Part shown: piece after piece, positions 8,601-24,093 of the stretch
How positions within the stretch are numbered: the first letter of the stretch is position 1
Layout of the letters: each line of letters opens with the position of its first letter
NCBI GenBank assembly: GCA_964016885.1
Contig: OZ024740.1
Location: 104,346,001 to 104,410,000 of the forward strand
Direction of reading: 5' to 3'
Length of the DNA stretch: 64,000 nt
From: Eledone cirrhosa
Taxonomy: Eukaryota
Made by a program: the position numbers and the translations under genes
Notes under the pieces: generated by a model
Database searches by the model: none
Told to the model about the DNA's origin: nothing
Seen by the model: only the letters and a program-made list of their open reading frames with translations

Positions 8601-11386
8601 CTGTGTCTATCTTCTCAATATCGACACACGGTGTCTATTTACACAATATCCACACACTGTGTCTATCTACTAAACGTCTACACAATCTGTCTATCTACTC
8701 AACATCCACACACTGTGTCTATCAACTCAAAATCTACACACTGTGTCTACCTACTCAACTTCTACACACTGTGTCTATCTACTCAACATCTACACACTGT
8801 GTCTATCTACTCAATATCTACACACTGTGTCTATCTACTCAATATCCACACACTGTGTCTATCTATTCAACATCTACACACTGTGTCTATCTACTCAACA
8901 TCTACACACTGTGTCTATCTACTCAACATCTACACACTGTGTCTATCTACTCAACATCTACACAGCGTGTCTATCTACCCAACATCTGCACACTGTGTCT
9001 ATCTACTCAACATCTACACACCGTGTCTATCTACTCAACATCTACAAACTGTGTTTATTTACTCAATATCTACACACTGTGTCTATCTACACACCGTGTC
9101 TATCTACTCAACATCTACACACTGTCTATCTACTCAATATCTACACAACGTGTCTATCTACTCAATATCCACACACGGTGTCTATCTACTCAACATATAC
9201 ACACTGTCTATCTACTCAATATCTACACACCGTGTCTATCTACTCAATATCTACACACTGTGTCTATCTACTCAACATCAACACACTGTCTCTATCTACT
9301 CAACATCTACACACTGTCTATATCTACTCAACATCTACACACTGTGTCTATCTACTCAATATCTACACACTGAGTTTATCTACTAAACATCTACACACTG
9401 TGTCTATCTACTCAACATCTACAAACTGTGTCTATCTACTCAACATCTACACACTGTGTCTATCTACTCAATATCCACAAAGTGTGTCTATCTACTCAAT
9501 ATCTACACACTGTGTCTATCTACTAAACATCTACACACTGTGTCTATCTACTCTACATCTACACACTGTGTCTATCTACTCAACCTCCATACACTGTGTC
9601 TATTTATTCAAAATCCACAGACTGTGTCTATCTACTCAACATCTACACACTGTGTCTATGTCCTCAACATCCACACACTGTCTCTATTTACTCAATATCC
9701 ACACACTGTGTCTATTTACTCAATATCCACACAGTGTGTATATCTACTCAATATCCACACGCTGTCTATCTACTCAACATCTACACACTGAGTCTATCTA
9801 CTCAACATCTACACACTGTCTATCTACTCAATATCTACAGACTGTGTTTATCTACTCAATATCGACACACTGTGTCTATCTACTCAACATCCACCCACTG
9901 TCTCTATCTAGTCAACATCTACACACTGTCACTATCTACTCAACATCTACACACTGTGTCTATCTACTCAACATCTACACACTGTGTCTATCTACTCAAC
10001 ATCTACACACCGTGTCTATCTACTCAACATCTACACACTGTGTCTATTTACTGAATATCTACACACTGTGTCTATCTACTCAATATCTACACACTCTCTA
10101 TCTACTCAACATCTACACACTGTCTATCTACTCAATATCTACACACTGTGTCTATCTACTCAACTTCTACACACTGTCTATCTACTCAATATATACACAC
10201 TGTGTCTATTTACTCAATATCTACACACTATGTCTATTTACTGAATATCCATACACTGTGTTTATCAACTCAATATCTACACACTGTGTCTATCTACTCC
10301 ACATCTACACGCTGTGTCTATCTACTCAATAACTACACACTGTTTCTATCTACTCAACATCTACACACCGTGTCTATCTACTGAATATATACACACTGTG
10401 TCTATCTACTCTACATCCACACACTGTGTCTATCTACTTAATATCTCCACACTGTGTCTATCTACTCAACATCTACACACTGTGTCTATCTACTCAATAT
10501 CTACACACTGTGTCTATCTACTAAACATCCACACACTGTGTCTATCTACTCAACATCTACACACTGTGTCTACCTACTCAACATCTCCACACTGTGTCTA
10601 TCTACTCAATATCTACACACTGTGTCTATCTACTCAATATCCACACACTGTGTCTATCTATTCAACATCTACACACTGTGTCTATCTACTCAACATCTAC
10701 ACACTGTGTCTATCTACTCAAGATCTACACAGCGTGTCTATCTACTCAACATCTACACAGCATGTCTATCTACTCAACATCAACACACTGTATCTATCTA
10801 CTCAACATCTACACACCGTGTCTATCTACTCGACATCTACAAACTGTGTTTATTTACTCAATATCTACACACTGTGTCTATCTACACACCGTGTCTATCT
10901 ACTCAACATCTACACACTGTCTATCTACTCAATATCTACACACCGTGTCTATCTACTCAATATCCACACACGGTGTCTATCTACTCAACATCTACACACT
11001 GTCTATCTAGTCAATATCTACACACCGTGTCTATCTACTCAATATCTACACACTGTGTCTATCTACTCAACATCAACACACTGTCTCTATCTACTCAACA
11101 TCTACACACTGTCTCTATCTACTCAACATCTACACACTGTGTCTATCTACTCAATATCTACACACTGAGTTTATCTACTAAACATCTACACACTGTGTCT
11201 ATCTACTCAACATCTACACACCGTGTCTATCTACTCAACATCTACACACTGTGTCTATCTACTCAATATCCACACAGTGCGTCTATCTACTCAATATCTA
11301 CACACTGTGTCTATCTACTCAACATCTACACACTGTGTCTATCTACTCAACATCCACACACTGTGTCTATTTACTCAATATCCACA
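5692..11386 (+). repeat. Higher-order tandem duplication, 2844-bp unit x2
   Basis: Constant offset of 2844 between matching ORFs and variants (5899/8743, 6612/9456, 7470/10314, 8379/11223). Confidence 0.92.
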
Positions 11387-11454
11387 CACTGTGTCTATCT
11401 ACTCAATATCTACACACTGTGTCTATCTACTCAACATCTACACACTGAGTCTAT

Positions 11455-12290
11455 CTACTCAACATATACACACTGTCTATCTACTCAACATCAACACACT
11501 GTCTCTATCTACTCAACATCTACACACTGTCTCTATCTACTCAACATCTACACACTGTCTCTATCTACTCAACATCTACACACTGTGTCTATCTACTCAA
11601 CATCCACACACTCCGCGTATCTACTCAATATCTAAACACTGTGTCTATCTACTCAACATCTACACACTCTGTCTATCTACTCAACATCTACACACCGTGT
11701 CTATCTACTCAACATCTACACACCGTGTCTATCTACTCTACATCTACACACTGTGTCTATCTACTCAACATCTACACACTGTGTCTATTTACTGCATATC
11801 TACACACTGGGTCAATTTACTCAACATCTACACACAGTGTCTATCTACTCAATATCTACACACTGTCTATCTACTCAACATATACACACTGTCTATCTAC
11901 TCAACATCAACACACTGTCTCTATCTACTCAACATCTACACACTGTCTCTATCTACTCAACATCTACACACTGTCTCTATCTACTCAACATCTACACACT
12001 GTGTCTATCTACTCAACATCCACACACTCCGCGTATCTACTCAATATCTAAACACTGTGTCTATCTACTCAACATCTACACACTGTGTCTATCTACTCAA
12101 CATCTACACACCGTGTCTATCTACTCAACATCTACACACCGTGTCTATCTACTCTACATCTACACACTGTGTCTATCTACTCAACATCTACACACTGTGT
12201 CTATTTACTGCATATCTACACACTGGGTCAATTTACTCAACATCTACACACAGTGTCTATCTACTCAATATCTACACACTGTCTATCTAC
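11455..12290 (+). repeat. Higher-order tandem duplication, 416-bp unit x2
   Basis: Rare variants ccgcgtat..tctaaacact (11613/12029) and actgcatatc..ctgggtcaat (11791/12207) recur at offset 416. Confidence 0.85.
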
Positions 12291-15200
12291 TCAACATCTA
12301 CACACTGTCTATCTACTCAATATCTACATACTGTGTCTATCTACTCAACTTCTACACACTGTCTATCTACTCAATATATACACACTGTGTCTATTTACTC
12401 AATATCTACACACTGTGTCTATTTACTCAATATCCATACACTGTGTTTATCTACTCAACATCTACACACTATGTCTATCTACTCCACATCTACACGCTGT
12501 GTCTATCTACTCAATAACTACACACTGTGTCTATCTACTCACCATCTACACACTGTGTCTATCTACTGAATATCTACACACTGTGTCTATCTACTCTACA
12601 TCCACAGACTGTGTCTATCTACTCAATAACTACACACTGTGTCTATCTACTAGACATCCACACACTGTGTCTATTTACTCAATATCCACACACTGTGTCT
12701 ATCTACTAAACATCTACACAATCTGTCTATCTACTCAACATCCACACACTGTGTCTATCAACTCAACATCTACACACTGTATCTACCTACTCAACTTCTA
12801 CACACTGTGTCTATCTACTCAACATCTACACACTGTGTCTATCTACTCAATATCTACACACTGTGTCTATCTACTCAATATCCACACACTGTGTCTATCT
12901 ATTCAACATCTACACACTGTGTCTATCTACTCAACATCTACACACTGTGTCTATCTACTCAATATCTACACACTGTGTCTATCTACTCAACATCTACACA
13001 GCGTGTCTATCTACTCAACATCAACACACTGTGTCTATCTACTCAACATCTACACACCGTGTCTATCTACTCAACATCTACAAACTGTGTTTATTTACTC
13101 AATATCTACACACTGTGTCTATCTACACACCGTGTCTATCTACTCAACATCTACACACTGTCTATCTACTCAATATCTACACACCGTGTCTATCTACTCA
13201 ATATCCACACACGGTGTCTATCTACTCAACATCTACACACTGTCTATCTACTCAATATCTACACACCGTGTCTATCTACTCAATATCTACACACTGTGTC
13301 TATCTACTCAACATCAACACACTGTCTCTATCTACTCAACATCTACACACTGTGTCTATCTACTCAATATCTACACACTGAGTTTATCTACTAAACATCT
13401 ACACACTGTGACTATCTACTCAACATCTACACACTGTGTCTATCTACTCAACATCTACACACTGTGTCTATCTACTCAATATCCACACAGTGTGTCTATC
13501 TACTCAATATCTACACACTGTGTCTATCTATTCAACATCTACACACTGTGTCTATCTACTCAACATCCACACACTGTGTCTATTTACTCAATATCCACAC
13601 ACTGTGTCTATCTACTCAACAACTACACACTGTGTCTATCTACTCAACGTCCACACACTGTCTACTTACTCAATATCCACACAGTGTGTCTATCTACTCA
13701 ATATCTACACACTGTGTCTATCTACTCAATATCTACACACTGTGTCTATCTACTCAACATCTACACACTGAGTATATCTACTCAACATCTACACACTGTC
13801 TATCTACTCAATATCTACACACTGTGTTTATTTACTCAATATCTACACACTGTGTCTATCTACTCAACATCCACACACTGTCTATATCTAGTCAACATCT
13901 ACACACTGTCTCTATCTACTCAACATCTACACACTGTGTCTATCTACCTAACATCCACACACTCTGCGTATTTACTCAATATCTACACACTGTGTCTATC
14001 TACTCAACATCTACACACTGTGTCTATCTACTCAACATCTACACACCGTGTCTATCTACTCAACATCTACACACCGTGTCTATCTACTCTACATCTACAC
14101 ACTGTGTCTATTTACTGAATATCTACACACTGTGTCAATTTACTCAACATCTACACACAGTGTCTATCTACTCAATATCTACACACTGTCTATCTACTCA
14201 ACATCTACACACTGTCTATCTACTCAATATCTACACACTGTGTCTATCTACTCAACTTCTACACACTGTCTATCTACTCAATATATACACACTGTGTCTA
14301 TCTACTGAATATCTACACACTGTGTCTATCTACTCTACATCCACAGACTGTGTCTATCTACTCAATAACTACACACTGTGTCTATCTACTCAACATCTAC
14401 ACACTGTGTCTATCTTCTCAATATCTACACACTGTGTCTATCTACTCAACATCTACACACTGTGTCTATCTACTAGACATCCACACACTGTGTCTATTTA
14501 CTCAATATCCACACACTGTGTCTATCTACTAAACATCTACACAATCTGTCTATCTACTCAACATCCACACACTGTGTCTATCAACTCAACATCTACACAC
14601 TGTGTCTACCTACTCAACTTCTACACACTGTGTCTATCTACTCAACATCTACACACTGTGTCTATCTACTCAATATCTACACACTGTGTCTATCTACTCA
14701 ATATCCACACACTGTGTCTATCTACTCAACATCTACACACTGTGTCTATCTACACAACATCTACACAGCGTGTCTATCTACCCAACATCTGCACACTGTG
14801 TCTATCTACTCAACATCTACACACCGTGTCTATCTACTCAACATCTACAAACTGTGTTTATTTACTCAATATCTACACACTGTGTCTATCTACACACCGT
14901 GTCTATCTACTCAACATCTACACACTGTCTATCTACTCAATATCTACACAACAAGTCTATCTACTCAATATCCACACACGGTGTCTATCTACTCAACTTA
15001 TACACACTGTCTATCTACTCAATATCTACACACCGTGTCTATCTACTCAATATCTACACACTGTGTCTATCTACTCAACATCAACACACTGTCTCTATCT
15101 ACTCAACATCTACACACTGTCTATATCTACTCAACATCTACACACTGTGTCTATCTACTCAATATCTACACACTGAGTTTATCTACTAAACATCTACACA

Positions 15201-17482
15201 CTGTGTCTATCTACTCAACATCTACACACTGTGTCTATCTACTCAACATCTTCACACTGTGTCTATCTACTCAATATCCACACAGTGTGTCTATCTACTC
15301 AATATCTACACACTGTGTCTATCTACTAAACATCTACACACTGTGTCTATCTACTCTACATCTACACACTGTGTCTATCTACTCAACATACATACACTGT
15401 GTCTATTTACTCAATATCCACAGACTGTGTCTATCTACTCAACATCTACACACTGTCTATCTACTCAATATCTACACAACGTGTCTATCTACTCAATATC
15501 CACACACGGTGTCTATCTACTCAACATATACACACTGTCTATCTACTCAATATCTACACACCGTGTCTATCTACTCAATATCTACACACTGTGTCTATCT
15601 ACTCAACATCAACACACTGTCTCTATCTACTCAACATCTACACACTGTCTATATCTACTCAACATCTACACACTGTGTCTATCTACTCAATATCTACACA
15701 CTGAGTTTATCTAGTAAACATCTACACACTGTGTCTATCTACTCAACATCTACACACTGTGTCTATCTACTCAACATCTACACACTGTGTCTATCTACTC
15801 AATATCCACAAAGTGTGTCTATCTACTCAATATCTACACACTGTGTCTATCTACTAAACATCTACACACTGTGTCTATCTACTCTACATCTACACACTGT
15901 GTCTATCTACTCAACCTCCATACACTGTGTCTATTTATTCAAAATCCACAGACTGTGTCTATCTACTCAACATCTACACACTGTGTCTATGTACTCAACA
16001 TCCACACACTGTCTCTATTTACTCAATATCCACACACTGTGTCTATTTACTCAATATCCACACAGTGTGTATATCTACTCAATATCCACACGCTGTCTAT
16101 CTACTCAACATCTACACACTGAGTCTATCTACTCAACATCTACACACTGTCTATCTACTCAATATCTACAGACTGTGTTTATCTACTCAATATCGACACA
16201 CTGTGTCTATCTACTCAACATCCACCCACTGTCTCTATCTAGTCAACATCTACACACTGTCACTATCTACTCAACATCTACACACTGTGTCTATCTACTC
16301 AACATCTACACACTGTGTCTATCTACTCAACATCTACACACCGTGTCTATCTACTCAACATCTACACACTGTGTCTATTTACTGAATATCTACACACTGT
16401 GTCTATCTACTCAATATCTACACACTCTCTATCTACTCAACATCTACACACTGTCTATCTACTCAATATCTACACACTGTGTCTATCTACTCAACTTCTA
16501 CACACTGTCTATCTACTCAATATATACACACTGTGTCTATTTACTCAATATCTACACACTGTGTCTATTTACTGAATATCCATACACTGTGTTTATCAAC
16601 TCAATATCTACACACTGTGTCTATCTACTCCACATCTACACGCTGTGTCTATCTACTCAATAACTACACACTGTTTCTATCTACTCAACATCTACACACC
16701 GTGTCTATCTACTGAATATATACACACTGTGTCTATCTACTCTACATCCACACACTGTGTCTATCTACTTAATATCTCCACACTGTGTCTATCTACTCAA
16801 CATCTACACACTGTGTCTATCTACTCAATATCTACACACTGTGTCTATCTACTAAACATCCACACACTGTGTCTATCTACTCAACATCTACACACTGTGT
16901 CTACCTACTCAACATCTCCACACTGTGTCTATCTACTCAATATCTACACACTGTGTCTATCTACTCAATATCCACACACTGTGTCTATCTACTCAAGATC
17001 TACACAGCGTGTCTATCTACTCAACATCTACACAGCATGTCTATCTACTCAACATCAACACACTGTATCTATCTACTCAACATCTACACACCGTGTCTAT
17101 CTACTCAACATCTACAAACTGTGTTTATTTACTCAATATCTACACACTGTGTCTATCTACACACCGTGTCTATCTACTCAACATCTACACACTGTCTATC
17201 TACTCAATATCTACACACCGTGTCTATCTACTCAATATCCACACACGGTGTCTATCTACTCAACATCTACACACTGTCTATCTAGTCAATATCTACACAC
17301 CGTGTCTATCTACTCAATATCTACACACTGTGTCTATCTACTCAACATCAACACACTGTCTCTATCTACTCAACATCTACACACTGTCTCTATCTACTCA
17401 ACATCTACACAATGTGTCTATCTACTCAATATCTACACACTGAGTTTATCTACTAAACATCTACACACTGTGTCTATCTACT

Positions 17483-20400
17483 CAACATCTACACACCGTG
17501 TCTATCTACTCAACATCTACACACTGTGTCTATCTACTCAATATCCACACAGTGCGTCTATCTACTCAATATCTACACACTGTGTCTATCTACTCAACAT
17601 CTACACACTGTGTCTATCTACTCAACATCCACACACTGTGTCTATTTACTCAATATCCACACACTGTGTCTATCTACTCAATATCTACACACTGTGTCTA
17701 TCTACTCAACATCTACACACTGAGTCTATCTACTCAACATATACACACTGTCTATCTACTCAACATCAACACACTGTCTCTATCTACTCAACATCTACAC
17801 AATGTCTCTATCTACTCAACATCTACACACTGTCTCTATCTACTCAACATCTACACACTGAGTCTATCTACTCAACATCCACACACTCCGCGTATCTACT
17901 CAATATCTAAACACTGTGTCTATCTACTCAACATCTACACACTGTGTCTATCTACTCAACATCTACACACCGTGTCTATCTACTCAACATCTACACACCG
18001 TGTCTATCTACTCTACATCTACACACTGCGTCTATCTACTCAACATCTACACACTGTGTCTATTTACTGCATATCTACACACTGGGTCAATTTACTCAAC
18101 ATCTACACACAGTGTCTATCTACTCAATATCTACACACTGTCTATCTACTCAACATCTACACACTGTCTATCTACTCAATATCTACATACTGTGTCTATC
18201 TACTCAACTTCTACACACTGTCTATCTACTCAATATATACACACTGTGTCTATTTACTCAATATCTACACACTGTGTCTATTTACTCAATATCCATACAC
18301 TGTGTTTATCTACTCAACATCTACACACTATGTCTATCTACTCCACATCTACACGCTGTGTCTATCTACTCAATAACTACACACTGTGTCTATCTACTCA
18401 CCATCTACACACTGTGTCTATCTACTGAATATCTACACACTGTGTCTATCTACTCTACATCCACAGACTGTGTCTATCTACTCAATAACTACACACTGTG
18501 TCTATCTACTAGACATCCACACACTGTGTCTATTTACTCAATATCCACACACTGTGTCTATCTACTAAACATCTACACAATCTGTCTATCTACTCAACAT
18601 CCACACACTGTGTCTATCAACTCAACATCTACACACTGTATCTACCTACTCAACTTCTACACACTGTGTCTATCTACTCAACATCTACACACTGTGTCTA
18701 TCTACTCAATATCTACACACTGTGTCTATCTACTCAATATCCACACACTGTGTCTATCTATTCAACATCTACACACTGTGTCTATCTACTCAACATCTAC
18801 ACACTGTGTCTATCTACTCAATATCTACACACTGTGTCTATCTACTCAATATCCACACACTGTGTCTATCTATTCAACATCTACACACTGTGTCTATCTA
18901 CTCAACATCTACACACTGTGTCTATCTACTCAACATCTACACACTGTGTCTATCTACTCAACATCTACACAGCGTGTCTATCTACTCAACATCAACACAC
19001 TGTGTCTATCTACTCAACATCTACACACCGTGTCTATCTACTCAACATCTACAAACTGTGTTTATTTACTCAATATCTACACACTGTGTCTATCTACACA
19101 CCGTGTCTATCTACTCAACATCTACACACTGTCTATCTACTCAATATCTACACACCGTGTCTATCTACTCAATATCCACACACGGTGTCTATCTACTCAA
19201 CATCTACACACTGTCTATCTACTCAATATCTACACACCGTGTCTATCTACTCAATATCTACACACTGTGTCTATCTACTCAACATCAACACACTGTCTCT
19301 ATCTACTCAACATCTACACACTGTGTCTATCTACTCAATATCTACACACTGAGTTTATCTACTAAACATCTACACACTGTGACTATCTACTCAACATCTA
19401 CACACTGTGTCTTTCTACTCAACATCTACACACTGTGTCTATCTACTCAATATCCACACAGTGTGTCTATCTACTCAATATCTACACACTGTGTCTATCT
19501 ATTCAACATCTACACACTGTGTCTATCTACTCAACATCCACACACTGTGTCTATTTACTCAATATCCACACACTGTGTCTATCTACTCAACAACTACACA
19601 CTGTGTCTATCTACTCAACGTCCACACACTGTCTACTTACTCAATATCCACACAGTGTGTCTATCTACTCAATATCTACACACTGTGTCTATCTACTCAA
19701 TATCTACACACTGTGTCTATCTACTCAACATCTACACACTGAGTATATCTACTCAACATCTACACACTGTCTATCTACTCAATATCTACACACTGTGTTT
19801 ATTTACTCAATATCTACACACTGTGTCTATCTACTCAACATCCACACACTGTCTCTATCTAGTCAACATCTACACACTGTCTCTATCTACTCAACATCTA
19901 CACACTGTGTCTATCTACCTAACATCCACACACTCTGCGTATCTACTCAATATCTACACACTGTGTCTATCTACTCAACATCTACACACTGTGTCTATCT
20001 ACTCAACATCTACACACCGTGTCTATCTACTCAACATCTACACACCGTGTCTATCTACTCAACATCTACACACTGTGTCTATTTACTGAATATCTACACA
20101 CTGTGTCAATTTACTCAACATCTACACACAGTGTCTATCTACTCAATATCTACACACTGTCTATCTACTCAACATCTACACACTGTCTATCTACTCAATA
20201 TCTACACACTGTGTCTATCTACTCAACTTCTACACACTGTCTATCTACTCAATATATACACACTGTGTCTATCTACTGAATATCTACACACTGTGTCTAT
20301 CTACTCTACATCCACAGACTGTGTCTATCTACTCAATAACTACACACTGTGTCTATCTACTCAACATCTACACACTGTGTCTATCTTCTCAATATCTACA

Positions 20401-23400
20401 CACTGTGTCTATCTACTCAATATCTACACACTGTGTCTATCTACTAGACATCCACACACTGTGTCTATTTACTCAATATCCACACACTGTGTCTATCTAC
20501 TAAACATCTACACAATCTGTCTATCTACTCAACATCCACACACTGTGTCTATCAACTCAACATCTACACACTGTGTCTACCTACTCAACTTCTACACACT
20601 GTGTCTATCTACTCAACATCTACACACTGTGTCTATCTACTCAATATCTACACACTGTGTCTATCTACTCAATATCCACACACTGTGTCTATCTATTCAA
20701 CATCTACACACTGTGTCTATCTACTCAACATCTACACACTGTGTCTATCTACTCAACATCTACACACTGTGTCTATCTACACAACATCTACACACCGTGT
20801 CTATCTACTCAACATCTACACACTGTGTCTATCTACTCAATATCCACACAGTGCGTCTATCTACTCAATATCTACACACTGTGTCTATCTACTCAACATC
20901 TACACACTGTGTCTATCTACTCAACATCCACACACTGTGTCTATTTACTCAATATCCACACACTGTGTCTATCTACTCAATATCTACACACTGTGTCTAT
21001 CTACTCAACATCTACACACTGAGTCTATCTACTCAACATATACACACTGTCTATCTACTCAACATCAACACACTGTCTCTATCTACTCAACATCTACACA
21101 ATGTCTCTATCTACTCAACATCTACACACTGTCTCTATCTACTCAACATCTACACACTGAGTCTATCTACTCAACATCCACACACTCCGCGTATCTACTC
21201 AATATCTAAACACTGTGTCTATCTACTCAACATCTACACACTGTGTCTATCTACTCAACATCTACACACCGTGTCTATCTACTCAACATCTACACACCGT
21301 GTCTATCTACTCTACATCTACACACTGCGTCTATCTACTCAACATCTACACACTGTGTCTATTTACTGCATATCTACACACTGGGTCAATTTACTCAACA
21401 TCTACACACAGTGTCTATCTACTCAATATCTACACACTGTCTATCTACTCAACATCTACACACTGTCTATCTACTCAATATCTACATACTGTGTCTATCT
21501 ACTCAACTTCTACACACTGTCTATCTACTCAATATATACACACTGTGTCTATTTACTCAATATCTACACACTGTGTCTATTTACTCAATATCCATACACT
21601 GTGTTTATCTACTCAACATCTACACACTATGTCTATCTACTCCACATCTACACGCTGTGTCTATCTACTCAATAACTACACACTGTGTCTATCTACTCAC
21701 CATCTACACACTGTGTCTATCTACTGAATATCTACACACTGTGTCTATCTACTCTACATCCACAGACTGTGTCTATCTACTCAATAACTACACACTGTGT
21801 CTATCTACTAGACATCCACACACTGTGTCTATTTACTCAATATCCACACACTGTGTCTATCTACTAAACATCTACACAATCTGTCTATCTACTCAACATC
21901 CACACACTGTGTCTATCAACTCAACATCTACACACTGTATCTACCTACTCAACTTCTACACACTGTGTCTATCTACTCAACATCTACACACTGTGTCTAT
22001 CTACTCAATATCTACACACTGTGTCTATCTACTCAATATCCACACACTGTGTCTATCTATTCAACATCTACACACTGTGTCTATCTACTCAACATCTACA
22101 CACTGTGTCTATCTACTCAATATCTACACACTGTGTCTATCTACTCAATATCCACACACTGTGTCTATCTATTCAACATCTACACACTGTGTCTATCTAC
22201 TCAACATCTACACACTGTGTCTATCTACTCAACATCTACACACTGTGTCTATCTACTCAACATCTACACAGCGTGTCTATCTACTCAACATCAACACACT
22301 GTGTCTATCTACTCAACATCTACACACCGTGTCTATCTACTCAACATCTACAAACTGTGTTTATTTACTCAATATCTACACACTGTGTCTATCTACACAC
22401 CGTGTCTATCTACTCAACATCTACACACTGTCTATCTACTCAATATCTACACACCGTGTCTATCTACTCAATATCCACACACGGTGTCTATCTACTCAAC
22501 ATCTACACACTGTCTATCTACTCAATATCTACACACCGTGTCTATCTACTCAATATCTACACACTGTGTCTATCTACTCAACATCAACACACTGTCTCTA
22601 TCTACTCAACATCTACACACTGTGTCTATCTACTCAATATCTACACACTGAGTTTATCTACTAAACATCTACACACTGTGACTATCTACTCAACATCTAC
22701 ACACTGTGTCTTTCTACTCAACATCTACACACTGTGTCTATCTACTCAATATCCACACAGTGTGTCTATCTACTCAATATCTACACACTGTGTCTATCTA
22801 TTCAACATCTACACACTGTGTCTATCTACTCAACATCCACACACTGTGTCTATTTACTCAATATCCACACACTGTGTCTATCTACTCAACAACTACACAC
22901 TGTGTCTATCTACTCAACGTCCACACACTGTCTACTTACTCAATATCCACACAGTGTGTCTATCTACTCAATATCTACACACTGTGTCTATCTACTCAAT
23001 ATCTACACACTGTGTCTATCTACTCAACATCTACACACTGAGTATATCTACTCAACATCTACACACTGTCTATCTACTCAATATCTACACACTGTGTTTA
23101 TTTACTCAATATCTACACACTGTGTCTATCTACTCAACATCCACACACTGTCTCTATCTAGTCAACATCTACACACTGTCTCTATCTACTCAACATCTAC
23201 ACACTGTGTCTATCTACCTAACATCCACACACTCTGCGTATCTACTCAATATCTACACACTGTGTCTATCTACTCAACATCTACACACTGTGTCTATCTA
23301 CTCAACATCTACACACCGTGTCTATCTACTCAACATCTACACACCGTGTCTATCTACTCAACATCTACACACTGTGTCTATTTACTGAATATCTACACAC

Positions 23401-24093
23401 TGTGTCAATTTACTCAACATCTACACACAGTGTCTATCTACTCAATATCTACACACTGTCTATCTACTCAACATCTACACACTGTCTATCTACTCAATAT
23501 CTACACACTGTGTCTATCTACTCAACTTCTACACACTGTCTATCTACTCAATATATACACACTGTGTCTATCTACTGAATATCTACACACTGTGTCTATC
23601 TACTCTACATCCACAGACTGTGTCTATCTACTCAATAACTACACACTGTGTCTATCTACTCAACATCTACACACTGTGTCTATCTTCTCAATATCTACAC
23701 ACTGTGTCTATCTACTCAATATCTACACACTGTGTCTATCTACTAGACATCCACACACTGTGTCTATTTACTCAATATCCACACACTGTGTCTATCTACT
23801 AAACATCTACACAATCTGTCTATCTACTCAACATCCACACACTGTGTCTATCAACTCAACATCTACACACTGTGTCTACCTACTCAACTTCTACACACTG
23901 TGTCTATCTACTCAACATCTACACACTGTGTCTATCTACTCAATATCTACACACTGTGTCTATCTACTCAATATCCACACACTGTGTCTATCTATTCAAC
24001 ATCTACACACTGTGTCTATCTACTCAACATCTACACACTGTGTCTATCTACTCAACATCTACACACTGTGTCTATCTACACAACATCTACACA
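17483..24093 (+). repeat. Higher-order tandem duplication, 3299-bp unit x2
   Basis: Matching ORFs at offset 3299 (17916/21215, 18722/22021, 19407/22706, 20321/23620). Junction at ~20782-20794. Confidence 0.92.
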
